Origin: Truepera sp.
GTDB taxonomy: Bacteria > Deinococcota > Deinococci > Deinococcales > Trueperaceae
NCBI GenBank assembly: GCA_965218435.1
Contig: CBDCKW010000009.1
Span: 2,816,001 to 2,880,000, forward strand
Direction of reading: 5' to 3'
DNA: 64,000 bases
A program made the translations under genes and the position numbers. Under the pieces are notes generated by a model. The model ran no database searches, was not told the DNA's origin, and saw only the letters and a program-made list of their open reading frames with translations. Shown here piece by piece: positions 1 through 10,203 of the stretch (the first letter of the stretch is position 1; the number at the start of each line of letters is the position of its first letter).

Positions 1-156
1 TCGGAAGGCACGGGGATGCGGCGGCTCGTACGCGACAAATGTGACGACCTCATCGCCATTCCGATGCAAGGCAAAGTGGCGTCTCTCAATGCGTCGGTGG
101 CAGCCGGGATTTTGCTCTACGCAGTGGTGGGCTCGAGACCCCAAGCCAGTAGATAG
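1..156 (+). CDS. 3' end of a TrmH/SpoU-family RNA methyltransferase (RlmB-like), partial
   Basis: Frame 1 reads [40 protein letters not shown], carrying the SpoU C-terminal motifs (EG.G, IPM.G...SLN.SVA); TAG at 154-156. Confidence 0.85.
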   Translation, partial: SEGTGMRRLVRDKCDDLIAIPMQGKVASLNASVAAGILLYAVVGSRPQASR

Positions 157-348
157 TATGGCGTAAGGTAACGGCTTTTAGAGACGCAGCCAAGTCTGTA
201 TTCTCCATTCCGTATTCTTAATTCCTCCTTCTTGCTTCTGTAATTTAAGCAGCTACCCCCTGAACGCGTGTACCATTTTTCAGAAAGCTGACGGCAACAC
301 CTCGCTTCTCTCAATATACGGATGCTACCTGCTGGTGTATAAGAGAGC

Positions 349-2319
349 ATGGCCAAACTCAAGGCAAAACACCTTTTAGACCTGGTATTCGTCTCAGACG
401 CGCAGCTCAGCCCGGACGCCAAGCAAGTCGTCGCCGTCCAAACGACGATTCAGCAACCGGACGACCAGAAATCAGACGACCGGGACAAACCACCCGAATA
501 TCAGAGTCAGCTGTTTCTTTACGGCGTAGGCGACGAACCGCGTCAGCTGACCTACAGCGGCTCCAATACGCAGCCGCGTTTTAGCCCGGATGGAAGCCAA
601 TTGGCGTTCGTTTCTCAGCGTCCTGGAAAAACAGGTGACGAGGAAAAACCGCAGCTCTGCCTTTTACCTCTAAGTAGCGGCGAAGCGCAAACCTTGACCG
701 ACTTCAAGGCGGGCGTCGGTGAAATCGTCTGGCACCCGTCGGGGGATAAGATTGCGTTGGTCTCGAGGGGTGACTTTGAGGATGAAGCGGGCAAACGGGG
801 CGAGGCTCGAGTGATTGACCGGGTGTTTTACAAAGGCGACGGAATCGGCTTTCGCTCTACCGAACCCGCGCAGATTTATCTCTATGACTTAGAGACTCAG
901 AAGACCGAAAAACTCACCAAACTTAAAAGCAGTCCCGACAGCTTAGCGTTCAGCCCGGACGGTGAACTGCTCTACTTCGTCGCCGCCAAAGACTCTGACG
1001 CCGAAGACGCGTGGGAGAGCAGCGTGTGGGTTTGCGAGACCTCGGGTAAAGGTAAACCGCAGCGGCTGGCACCGAACCTCTCACGCGCGTTTACGGTCAC
1101 GCCAAGCCCGGATGGGACGCAGCTTGCCATTCTAGCCGCAACCGCCCAAGACAACTTTGCCAGCCCGGTCGGGCTCTGGTTGGCCCCGGCTGACGGGAGT
1201 GACGCAACCCTCCTCACCGGTGAGTTAGACGCCGCGCCGAGCAGCGGCGGCGACAGCCATTACGGGGGCTACCCGAACGCGCCCCTTTGGGCAGACGACG
1301 GGAGTATCTACGTCAACGTCAATCAAGAGGGGCGGAGCGGCGTGGCGCGGGTTACCTTAGACGGCAAACTTCGGACTGTGCAAAAAGGTGAACGCGTTAT
1401 GACCGGGTTTCATCACCAGGATGGGCGTTTTGCTTTTACGGCGGAAACGCCCGACCGCCCCGGCGAAGTTTTTTTTCGTGACGCAAGGGGCAAAGAGACA
1501 CAGCTCAGCTCCGCAAATACGGCCTTTGCCGAAACCTATAAACTCGCCGAGGCTAGCCCAGCGCAGCGCGCCAAAGCCAAGGGCGGCCCCAAGCTCGAGT
1601 ACTGGACGCTTTCCCCCCGTAAACCCCGTAAAGACAAGGCGCTGGTGCTGCAAGTTCACGGCGGCCCGCACACAAACTACGGCTACGGCTTCTACTTCGA
1701 GTTTCAACTGTTAGCGGCGCAGGGCTACACCGTCGTGTACGGCAATCCGAGGGGCTCGAGCAGCTACGGTGCGGACTTCTCCACCACCATGCAAGGGCGT
1801 TACGGCACCGTTGACGCCGCTGACGTCATGGCGATTGCCAACACGGCGAGGGCGGCACATACCGACCCGGACGCGCCCATCCATCTGACCGGCGGCTCGT
1901 ACGGCGGCTTTATGACCAACTGGCTGGTCACGCAAACGAGCATGTTTCGTTCGGCGGTGACGCAGCGGAGCATCTGTAACTGGCTGTCGTTTTACGGCAC
2001 TTCGGATGTCGGTTACGGCTTTGCTAAGCAAGAGGTCGGCGGCAACCCGTGGAATGACCTCGAGAAACTCTGGGAGCAGAGCCCCCTCAAGTACGTGGCG
2101 AACGTCGAGACCCCACTGTTAATCATCCACGCCGACGAAGATCACCGCTGCCCCGTCGAACAAGCCGAGCAGCTGTTTGTCGCACTTAAACAGCTTGGGA
2201 AAATAACGCAGCTGATCCGCTTTCCAGCCGAAGGGCACGAACTTTCACGTTCAGGTCGCCCCGACCGCCGAGTGGCCAGGTTAGAGGCCATCTTAGGCTG
2301 GTTTGACGCTCACGCCTAA
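349..2319 (+). CDS. S9 family (prolyl oligopeptidase/acylaminoacyl) peptidase with N-terminal beta-propeller
   Basis: HGGP, GGSYGG nucleophile elbow, D(HRCP) and EGH catalytic motifs; SPDG-type propeller repeats. Confidence 0.92.
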   Translation: MAKLKAKHLLDLVFVSDAQLSPDAKQVVAVQTTIQQPDDQKSDDRDKPPEYQSQLFLYGVGDEPRQLTYSGSNTQPRFSPDGSQLAFVSQRPGKTGDEEKPQLCLLPLSSGEAQTLTDFKAGVGEIVWHPSGDKIALVSRGDFEDEAGKRGEARVIDRVFYKGDGIGFRSTEPAQIYLYDLETQKTEKLTKLKSSPDSLAFSPDGELLYFVAAKDSDAEDAWESSVWVCETSGKGKPQRLAPNLSRAFTVTPSPDGTQLAILAATAQDNFASPVGLWLAPADGSDATLLTGELDAAPSSGGDSHYGGYPNAPLWADDGSIYVNVNQEGRSGVARVTLDGKLRTVQKGERVMTGFHHQDGRFAFTAETPDRPGEVFFRDARGKETQLSSANTAFAETYKLAEASPAQRAKAKGGPKLEYWTLSPRKPRKDKALVLQVHGGPHTNYGYGFYFEFQLLAAQGYTVVYGNPRGSSSYGADFSTTMQGRYGTVDAADVMAIANTARAAHTDPDAPIHLTGGSYGGFMTNWLVTQTSMFRSAVTQRSICNWLSFYGTSDVGYGFAKQEVGGNPWNDLEKLWEQSPLKYVANVETPLLIIHADEDHRCPVEQAEQLFVALKQLGKITQLIRFPAEGHELSRSGRPDRRVARLEAILGWFDAHA

Positions 2320-2602
2320 GCAGCCGAACCTAAGTTGAGCCTGAACGCCTATACCTGGGCCTTCAGCCAAATTTACCGATAACTCAGCGGCTACACTTAC
2401 AGCGTGTGAAGTTTCTCGCACTTCGCACGTGAAACTCAGCTGCTTTGTCTGGTTGTGCTTATTGTGACATATGCCTCACAACAAAGTGCTAATTTAATCC
2501 CATGAAGTTCTTAAGCGCACCACATTTGCCACAGTCACATTCACCACAGTCACACTTACCGCAACCGCATTTACCGCAGTCAGCTTGCTAGAGGAGACGA
2601 GG

Positions 2603-3871
2603 ATGAGCGCAGCTAAACTCAAGGTCACTACCTTTGTCAAAAACTTGCTCGGGGGCGGCGCTGAGCGGGTCGCCGTCAATCTGCTTCAAGGACTACCCCG
2701 CGACACCTTTACCCAAGAACTCGTGATGGTTGACGCGTGGGGACCCTTTTTAGAACAGGTTCCGGCAGACGTAAAGCAGGTCAATCTGGGCCTCGGGAAC
2801 AACGTCTATAAGGCGGTTCCGCAGCTGGTCCGCTATCTGCGGCAGCATAAACCCGACGTGCTCGTTTCGCATTTAGCCCACGCCAACGTCGCAGCTGTCG
2901 TCGCGGCGACGTTGGCAGGGACCGGTACCAAGGTTGTCTTAATCGAACATAACGACAACTCGCTGGTTGACCAAGAACGGACGCGCTCACGTATCAGCAA
3001 GGCGCTGCAGCAGGTTAAGTCTCTGGCTTACCGGCGCGCCGATATGGTTGTCGGGGTTTCAGGCGGGGTCACAGCGTATGTCGGCCGCACCTTCGGGGTG
3101 CCTTACACAAAGCTGAAAACAGTCTACAATCCGGTGGTTAGTCCGGCGATGTTGGAGCGTTCACATCGCCCCTTGACGCACCCGTGGTTTGCCGCCGGTG
3201 AACCGCCGGTGCTCTTAGCCAGTGGCCGCTTACGTGAACAAAAAGATTTTAGCACGCTTCTTAAGGCGTTTGCGCAGGTGCGAGCGGCGCGTTCTTGCCG
3301 TCTGCTGATTTTAGGTGAAGGCGCGCTCAGGGCAGAACTCGAGGCTGAAGTCGCCGCACTCGGTTTGCAGGGTGACGTGGCGCTGCCGGGGTTTGTTGAA
3401 AATCCTTACGCCTATATGCGTCACGCGGCGCTTTTTGTCCTCTCGTCACAGTGGGAAGGTCTTCCGACGGTGCTGGTCGAGGCGATGGCGTGCGGCTGCC
3501 CGGTCGTCGCAACCGACTGCCCAAGTGGTCCGGCGGAGATTTTAGAACACGGGCGGCTCGGCCCGCTGGTCGAGCTGGCGAACCCTACGGCGCTCGCAAA
3601 TGCGATTCTAGAGACGCTTCAAACACCGACGCCGCGTGAACTGCTGGAGGCTAGGGCTGCACATTTTTCATTTGACAACGCGATTGCCGCCTATACCCAA
3701 CTGTTTTTAGAGCTGGCTCAACCTCAACCGTCGGCACCCGGCGCTTTAACAGCGTCTCAGCGTGCCCTAGTTAGCTCAGCGGCAAAACTTATCCGACTTA
3801 GTACCCGTATCAAACGCATAAGCCGAAATCGTCGCAGCCGCAAGCTGGGACCACTAGAAAGTCAGGAATAA
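2603..3871 (+). CDS. GT4 family glycosyltransferase
   Basis: GGGAERV, GRL..QKDF and EGLPTVLVEAMACGCPVV motifs; start placed at ATG 2603 after AGGAGA. Confidence 0.9.
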   Translation: MSAAKLKVTTFVKNLLGGGAERVAVNLLQGLPRDTFTQELVMVDAWGPFLEQVPADVKQVNLGLGNNVYKAVPQLVRYLRQHKPDVLVSHLAHANVAAVVAATLAGTGTKVVLIEHNDNSLVDQERTRSRISKALQQVKSLAYRRADMVVGVSGGVTAYVGRTFGVPYTKLKTVYNPVVSPAMLERSHRPLTHPWFAAGEPPVLLASGRLREQKDFSTLLKAFAQVRAARSCRLLILGEGALRAELEAEVAALGLQGDVALPGFVENPYAYMRHAALFVLSSQWEGLPTVLVEAMACGCPVVATDCPSGPAEILEHGRLGPLVELANPTALANAILETLQTPTPRELLEARAAHFSFDNAIAAYTQLFLELAQPQPSAPGALTASQRALVSSAAKLIRLSTRIKRISRNRRSRKLGPLESQE

Positions 3872-4780
3872 ATGAAATACGCCAGTTTTTGCTACGACAC
3901 CTCGGTTAATCTGGGCGATCAGGTGCAGAGTTTTGCCGCCGAGCAGTATTTGCCCCGTTTAGATGGTCACGTTGACCGCGATTCGCTCAACAAACTGAGC
4001 GGCCCTGAAAAAACGCTCGTGATCATGAACGGCTGGTTCAGTGACAAACCGCAGAACTGGCCCCCGTCCGGGGCGCTCGAGCCCGTTTTCTTCGGCTTTC
4101 ACGCTACTTATTACAACGGTTTTAATAAACGCTATTTGGAACCGGATTCGGTCGCCTACCTAAAAACGCAGGAACCGATCGGCTGCCGTGACCAGCAGAC
4201 GTGCGACTGGCTCCGTGAACGGGGCGTTGACGCGTTTTACAGCAAATGTTTGACGCTGACCTTTCCTAAACGCGAGCACACACCCGAAAACGGCAAGGTC
4301 TTTCTGGTTGACGTCGAGTATTACCCGATCCCTAAAAAGCTGCGAAAAAAAGGCGTCAAGGTCAGTCAGATGACGGTACCGTTTTACGACGACGAAACCA
4401 AACGTAAGATGATGAAACAGCTGTTGGAGAGCTATAAAAATGAGGCGTCACTGGTTATCACCTCAAAACTTCACTGCGCGATGCCGTGTTTGGCGATGGG
4501 GATTCCGGTTGTTTTTATCGGCAAACCCGACGACTACCGCACGACGATTCTTAGAGATATGGGGCTTACGATTCAACCCTACCGTTTGCCCAAAAGCAAA
4601 CCGCTCCGGCTGCTCAAATGGGCGCTCTACGAAACGCTGGGGCTCGGGTACGTGCGGAAAAACATCTGGAACCCCAAAGTGCTCGATATCGAAGCGGAAA
4701 AAGAGTCAATTCGTTCACGGCTAAAAGCGCAACTCGTCAAGCACCTCGGTGCCCGCGAAGAGGTCGGCGAACTGGTATAG
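3872..4780 (+). CDS. Polysaccharide pyruvyl transferase family protein
   Basis: NLGDQVQS, IGCRD and VITSKLHCAMPCLAMGIP motifs; abuts the glycosyltransferase stop. Confidence 0.75.
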   Translation: MKYASFCYDTSVNLGDQVQSFAAEQYLPRLDGHVDRDSLNKLSGPEKTLVIMNGWFSDKPQNWPPSGALEPVFFGFHATYYNGFNKRYLEPDSVAYLKTQEPIGCRDQQTCDWLRERGVDAFYSKCLTLTFPKREHTPENGKVFLVDVEYYPIPKKLRKKGVKVSQMTVPFYDDETKRKMMKQLLESYKNEASLVITSKLHCAMPCLAMGIPVVFIGKPDDYRTTILRDMGLTIQPYRLPKSKPLRLLKWALYETLGLGYVRKNIWNPKVLDIEAEKESIRSRLKAQLVKHLGAREEVGELV

Positions 4781-4818
4781 CTCACCCAACTCAGTTACCG
4801 CACCGAACGGAGCGTAGC

Positions 4819-5247
4819 CTAGAGCCACGCTCCGTTTAACGTCGCGCTCAGGGTGCGGCTGCCCCCGTTGTTACGGTGCTCACAAAGATAAATCCCTTGC
4901 CAAGTGCCGAGTAACAGCGCCCCGTCCTTGACAGGGATCGTCAGCGAAAATCCTAGAAGCGAGCCTTTAAGGTGCGCGGGCATATCGTCGGGACCCTCGA
5001 GCGTGTGCTCAAAGTAAGGTTCATTCTCGGGCACCAGCTCATTAAAAAACCGCTCGAAGTCGCCGCGAACCGCTCGTGAGGCGTTTTCGTTGAGGGTCAA
5101 ACTCGCCGAGGTGTGGTGAATAAACACGTTAAGTAGTCCGACCCTGACGTCACGCAGCTCAGGGAGCTGCGCCGTAACGTCGCGGGTGATGAGGTGAAAG
5201 CCCCTGGGTTTCGGCGGCAGCGTAAAAGTTTTTTGGGTCCAAGCCAT
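4819..5247 (-). CDS. yjbQ: YjbQ/UPF0047 family protein
   Basis: HTSASLTLNENA, EGPDDMPAH and LGTWQGIYLCEHR motifs. Confidence 0.9.
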   Translation of the reverse strand: MAWTQKTFTLPPKPRGFHLITRDVTAQLPELRDVRVGLLNVFIHHTSASLTLNENASRAVRGDFERFFNELVPENEPYFEHTLEGPDDMPAHLKGSLLGFSLTIPVKDGALLLGTWQGIYLCEHRNNGGSRTLSATLNGAWL

Positions 5248-5313
5248 GCCCCAGGCTAGCGCCAAAGCATGCGCAGGTTTAGAGGCTACACCATCATGTT
5301 GCTTGTAATCGCC

Positions 5314-6246
5314 CTAAAGCCGCCGCAAGTAAACCCCGGTCGCGCGGTGGCCGAAACCTTTTTCTAAAATCAGCCGCGCCCGCGCCCGCGTCGGTGCGAT
5401 ATTTTTACGCAAATTGAGCAGGTTGATGTCTTCCCAGATCCGCGCCGCCGTCCTCTTCGCCTCAACTTCAGGTAGATCGGCAAGGTGATGAAAGTATGAC
5501 GACGGATTTTGAAATGCCGTCTCTTTGAGTTTCATAAAGCGTGCGGTGTACCACGCTAAAAGCTGCTCTTCGTGCGCGTCTACATAGACTGAAAAATCAA
5601 AAAAGTCCGAGACGAAGACCCGGTCACTGGGACTGTCACCCGCGCCGTCGCCGCGGCCCAGGACGTTAAGTCCCTCTAAAATCACGATGTCGGGCCCCTT
5701 GACCTTGACCGCCTCCCCCGGCACGATGTCGTAACTCAGGTGCGAGTACACGGGCGCACTCGCCTCCGCGCCGGATTTGATGTCGGCGACAAACCGTAAA
5801 AGTCGCCGCTGATCGTAGCTTTCCGGGAACCCTTTACGGTGCATCAGGCCCCGCGCTTCTAAAACTCGGTTCGGATACAAAAAGCCGTCGGTCGTAATCA
5901 GGTCAACTTTCGGGTGGTCGGGCCAGTGCGACAGGAGCGCCTGCAACACCCGCGCCGTCGTGCTTTTGCCCGCCGCCACGCTGCCCGCAATGCCGATCAC
6001 AAACGGCACCATCTGCGTGGGCTTGCCCAAAAAAGCGTCGGTGACCCGGAACAGCTCTTGCGCTTTAGACACGTAGAGGTTTAAGAGACGTGACAGCGGC
6101 AGGTAAACCTCCGCCACCTCATCTAGCGAGAGGTCTTCGTTGAGACCTCTGAGCTCGTCTAAATCTTCTTTAGAAAGCGTAAGCGGCGTGGCGTCGCGCA
6201 GCGCAGCCCAGGCCGCACGGCCAAAGTGCATATAAGGGGACGGCAT
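5314..6246 (-). CDS. coaA: Type I pantothenate kinase
   Basis: [13 protein letters not shown]-loop, [23 protein letters not shown]. Confidence 0.95.
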   Translation of the reverse strand: MPSPYMHFGRAAWAALRDATPLTLSKEDLDELRGLNEDLSLDEVAEVYLPLSRLLNLYVSKAQELFRVTDAFLGKPTQMVPFVIGIAGSVAAGKSTTARVLQALLSHWPDHPKVDLITTDGFLYPNRVLEARGLMHRKGFPESYDQRRLLRFVADIKSGAEASAPVYSHLSYDIVPGEAVKVKGPDIVILEGLNVLGRGDGAGDSPSDRVFVSDFFDFSVYVDAHEEQLLAWYTARFMKLKETAFQNPSSYFHHLADLPEVEAKRTAARIWEDINLLNLRKNIAPTRARARLILEKGFGHRATGVYLRRL

Positions 6247-6269
6247 AGAGGTCAGCTTACTGTGCTCGC

Positions 6270-7193
6270 TTAACTTTTGGGGATCGCAGCTTCAGCCCGC
6301 CCGTAAAGCGCCGCCAGTTGCGCACGTCCCTGCCTTTCAAAGTCGGCGTCGTGATGTTCTCTGGCCCAAACGACGGTTGAAAGGGCGGACAGGGCGAGAC
6401 GTTGCCCTAATACTTCTCTTTCAACCTCGCTCAGCACGCGTCCGTAGCCCTGCCAAAACGCGTCTTCCAAGCTGCGCTCCCAGAGGCCGGCGTAAAGTCT
6501 TTCTACGTCAACGAGCCAAAAGTCAGGCCGCGCGTGTTCAAAGTCAATGACCGAGAGCTGCACGCTGCCCACGGAAACGTTAGCAGAGAGGTCTACGAGC
6601 CAGTTGCGCGGCGAGTAGTCGCGGTGACAGGGAACGCGAACGGCCCGTAACTGCTCCAGTAGCGCCACTGCACCCTCGACTTGTTCGACGACCCAGGAGG
6701 TTGTGTTTGGCTCGAGCAGGCCCGCAGCACGTCCCAGCCACGCTGCGCCGCGCTGTGCGTAAGCTTCGGGTAGGGGCACCGGGTCGTTGTCAGTAGAGGG
6801 CAAGGTGTGAAGCGCCCGCAACCATGCGCCTGCTTGCCGGTACATCTCTAACCGCTGCACTTTGTTGAGGTAAGTGTCCTCTACCGGTGTACCTGGGCAA
6901 ACTGAGACGAGGAGCGCCTGCAGGTCTGAATTCTCGGCCAATAGGCGTGGCGTCAAAGGAGGCTCGAGCTGAGGTAACCACGCCCGGTACGCCTGCCGCT
7001 CCTGGACAAACTTGCGCGGTTGCCGAAACACTTTTAAGAACGCCTGCTCAACGCCCGTGACCGCCCACACCGACGATTCGGCGTGCGGCCAGCCGCAAAA
7101 GTGCACCTCTTGCAGCGGCCCCAACTGCGCTTCGGCAAAAGCGCGGAGTTCCGAAGTTAAATGGTACGCCACTGTTTGAACCCTCCCTTCCAA
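6270..7193 (-). CDS. Aminoglycoside phosphotransferase/choline kinase-like protein
   Basis: HRDYSPRN (Brenner-type) and VIDFE motifs. Confidence 0.8.
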   Translation of the reverse strand: MEGRVQTVAYHLTSELRAFAEAQLGPLQEVHFCGWPHAESSVWAVTGVEQAFLKVFRQPRKFVQERQAYRAWLPQLEPPLTPRLLAENSDLQALLVSVCPGTPVEDTYLNKVQRLEMYRQAGAWLRALHTLPSTDNDPVPLPEAYAQRGAAWLGRAAGLLEPNTTSWVVEQVEGAVALLEQLRAVRVPCHRDYSPRNWLVDLSANVSVGSVQLSVIDFEHARPDFWLVDVERLYAGLWERSLEDAFWQGYGRVLSEVEREVLGQRLALSALSTVVWAREHHDADFERQGRAQLAALYGRAEAAIPKS

Positions 7194-7321
7194 GCGTGCT
7201 AGACTAGCATGTTAGGCAAAGCGGGGCCACCTTATCCGGCCCACACCGCTTACCAAGTAAGGGGCATAAGGTTACGTCCACCCTATCCGGGCGCGGCTTT
7301 ATCTACCAGAAAGAGGCAGCT

Positions 7322-7588
7322 ATGATTACCAAAGAGCAAAAAAGCGAGATTTTTACCGAGTTCGGCGGCAGCGCCGAAAACACCGGTTCAACCGAGGTGC
7401 AAGTCGCAATGTTGACGACCCGCATCAACCAGCTGAGCCAGCACCTGCAGGCCAACCGCAAAGACCATCACGGCCGCCGTGGTCTGCTGACGATGGTCGG
7501 ACGGCGTAAACGGCTCCTCAAGTACCTCGAGGCCAAAGATTTCGAGGGTTACAAGGCGCTGATCGCCCGGTTGGGACTGCGGCGTTAG
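7322..7588 (+). CDS. rpsO: 30S ribosomal protein S15
   Basis: [12 protein letters not shown]...[10 protein letters not shown], 88 aa, upstream of pnp. Confidence 0.98.
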   Translation: MITKEQKSEIFTEFGGSAENTGSTEVQVAMLTTRINQLSQHLQANRKDHHGRRGLLTMVGRRKRLLKYLEAKDFEGYKALIARLGLRR

Positions 7589-7631
7589 GTTGTTCCTTTC
7601 AGGTCAAACACGGCACTATCCAAACTAATAC

Positions 7632-7669
7632 GAAACCGGGCGGGGCAGCAGGCGGCTCTACCCGGTTTC
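7632..7669 (+). terminator. Stem-loop between rpsO and pnp (terminator or RNase processing site)
   Basis: GAAACCGGG...CCCGGTTTC inverted repeat. Confidence 0.5.
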
Positions 7670-7766
7670 AACCTATTTTGTGAACGTAGTACAGCACCCA
7701 GAACCTATTTGCAACTACATACCAACTATCTTGTGACAAACACTATCCAAATTCAAAGGAGTTTAA

Positions 7767-9947
7767 GTGGATATTCCAGCAGGTAAACGCTACAGCACCA
7801 CCTGGGGTGGGCGCGAGCTCGTCTTAGAGACCGGCAAATATGCCAAGCTCGTCTCCGGCAGCGTCACAGTGCGCTACGGCGACACACTCGTCCTAGTCAC
7901 CGCGCAGATGTCGGATTCAGCCGGAACAGCCGACTTTTTGCCTCTCACCGTCGAGTACGAGGAGCGGCACTACGCTATCGGCAAGATTCCAGGATCATTT
8001 ATGAAACGCGAGGGGCGACCCGGTACGCAGGCGACTTTGAACGCCCGGATTACCGACCGGCAGATTCGTCCGCTTTTCCCTAAAGGGTTGCGCAACGAAG
8101 TGCAGGTCATCATCACGGTCTTGTCCGCCGATCAGCACAACGACCCGGCGATGATCGCGGCTATCGGCGCGTCGGCCGCCCTCAGCATTTCAAATATTCC
8201 CTGGGATGGGCCGACCGCGTGTGTCAGTGTGGGGTACGAGCAGGGACAATACGTCCTCTATCCGACGCTGCAACAGTTAGAGAGTTCGGCGCTCGAGCTC
8301 ACCGTCGCCGCCTCCAAAGACGCCGTGTTGATGGTCGAGGCGAGCGCCGACGAGTTGCCTGAAGACGTGATGGTCGGGGCGATTGAGTTTGCGCAGCGCG
8401 AGATGCAACCCGTTTTAGAGCTGATTGAAACGATGCGCCAAGAAGTCGGTCACGAGAAGGCGACCTTCGAGGCCAAAGCGTCGGCCTCCGACGAAGACAA
8501 AGAGAGCATCTATCAGAGTGCGGTTCACGCCGGACTTAAAGATGCGCTCTTGACGCCGAGCAAAAAAGAGCGCGGCGCAGCGACCAAAACGCTCCGCGAC
8601 ACCTTGATTGCGGCGCGCGTCCCGGACGACACCGCAGACGAAGACAAAGCGCAGATTGCGCTCTTAAAAGAGGCGTTTGCAGCGGCGGTGCAGCGCGAAT
8701 CGCGGCGGATGGTCTTAGAAGACGGCCTCCGCGCTGACGGCCGCAAACCCGATCAGATTCGGCCCATCTGGATTGAAGCGGGCGTGCTTCCTAAAGCGCA
8801 TGGCTCGGCAGTCTTTACGCGCGGTGAAACGCAGGTGTTGGGCGTCGCCACGCTCGGTACCGGCAAAGACGATCGGCTGATTGACGATTTAGGCATCGAG
8901 ACCAGCGAAACCTTTATGCTTCACTACAACTTCCCGCCTTTTTCGACCGGTGAGGCCAAACGGCTCCGGGGTATCTCGAGGCGTGAACTCGGCCACGGCA
9001 ACCTAGCAAGGCGTGCGCTCGAGCGGATGATTCCCAGTCAAGAAGACTTCGGCTATGTGATCCGGGTCGTGGCTGAGACCTTAGAGTCAAACGGTTCCTC
9101 ATCGATGGCGTCGGTGTGTGCTGCCACCCTGTCCATGATGGACGCAGGCGTTCCACTCAAAAAGCCCGTCGCCGGAATTGCGATGGGGCTGATTAAAGAG
9201 GGCGACGACTACCAGATTTTGTCCGACATCTTGGGTTCGGAAGACGCGCTAGGCGATATGGACTTTAAGGTCACCGGTACCCGCGACGGCGTGACGGCCT
9301 TACAGATGGACATCAAGATTCAGGGTATCACCGCTGAGATTATGAAAGCGGCGCTGGGGCAGGCCCGCGTCGGCCGCACCCATATTTTGGGCATCATGGA
9401 CGAAACCCTGAGCGCCCCACGTAGCGAAGTGTCGCGGAACGCGCCGCGCATCGTCACCGTACAGATTCCGGTTGAAAAGATCGGCAGCGTCATTGGGCCG
9501 GGCGGCAAGCAGATTCGTGAACTCGAGGCGATGGGCGTGCAGATTGACGTGGGTGAAGACGGTCTCATCAAAATCTACAGCGAAGACGCCAGCGCCGCCG
9601 ACGCCGTCAAAGAACAGATCGAAGGATTGACCGCGACGCCGGAAGTGGGCAGAACCTACGACGGCAAAGTTGTGAAGATTGCCGACTTCGGCGCGTTCGT
9701 CAACATCTTCCCCGGCACCGATGGGCTCCTGCACATCTCCCAGATCGCCGAAGAACGCGTGAATAACGTCGAAGACTTTCTTAAAGTCGGTGACACGTTG
9801 CCGGTCAAAATCGCCGGGATTGACAACCGCGGCAAGTTGGACTTGATCCGGCCTGAGCTAGAAGGCAAAATCGCGCCACGTACGCCGCGTTCAGGGCCGC
9901 CACGGGGCGACCGCTCCGGCAGCCGCGACCGCGGACCCCGCCGCTAA
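7767..9947 (+). CDS. pnp: Polyribonucleotide nucleotidyltransferase (PNPase)
   Basis: [28 protein letters not shown], plus KH and S1 domains. Confidence 0.98.
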   Translation: MDIPAGKRYSTTWGGRELVLETGKYAKLVSGSVTVRYGDTLVLVTAQMSDSAGTADFLPLTVEYEERHYAIGKIPGSFMKREGRPGTQATLNARITDRQIRPLFPKGLRNEVQVIITVLSADQHNDPAMIAAIGASAALSISNIPWDGPTACVSVGYEQGQYVLYPTLQQLESSALELTVAASKDAVLMVEASADELPEDVMVGAIEFAQREMQPVLELIETMRQEVGHEKATFEAKASASDEDKESIYQSAVHAGLKDALLTPSKKERGAATKTLRDTLIAARVPDDTADEDKAQIALLKEAFAAAVQRESRRMVLEDGLRADGRKPDQIRPIWIEAGVLPKAHGSAVFTRGETQVLGVATLGTGKDDRLIDDLGIETSETFMLHYNFPPFSTGEAKRLRGISRRELGHGNLARRALERMIPSQEDFGYVIRVVAETLESNGSSSMASVCAATLSMMDAGVPLKKPVAGIAMGLIKEGDDYQILSDILGSEDALGDMDFKVTGTRDGVTALQMDIKIQGITAEIMKAALGQARVGRTHILGIMDETLSAPRSEVSRNAPRIVTVQIPVEKIGSVIGPGGKQIRELEAMGVQIDVGEDGLIKIYSEDASAADAVKEQIEGLTATPEVGRTYDGKVVKIADFGAFVNIFPGTDGLLHISQIAEERVNNVEDFLKVGDTLPVKIAGIDNRGKLDLIRPELEGKIAPRTPRSGPPRGDRSGSRDRGPRR

Positions 9948-10203
9948 AGCAGCTCGAGCTGCTGTAATTCGGTTACCAACCAAGCTGCAGCAGCTCTACG
10001 CAAGAAATACGTCTTATCTACCGGATACCCAACCGGCATCTGAACTGTAAGGCGGTAGGGCCACACCGCTAGGCAGTTTGTTCAATCAAATGCTATGGCC
10101 GACAAATCACTAAGGCCGCTCGTCTCCCCTGACGGCCGCGCCTGTCTACCAAAGCTGTACTTAATAGGGGGCCGTAAACCCTGCGGCATCCACAAGGAGA
10201 ACT

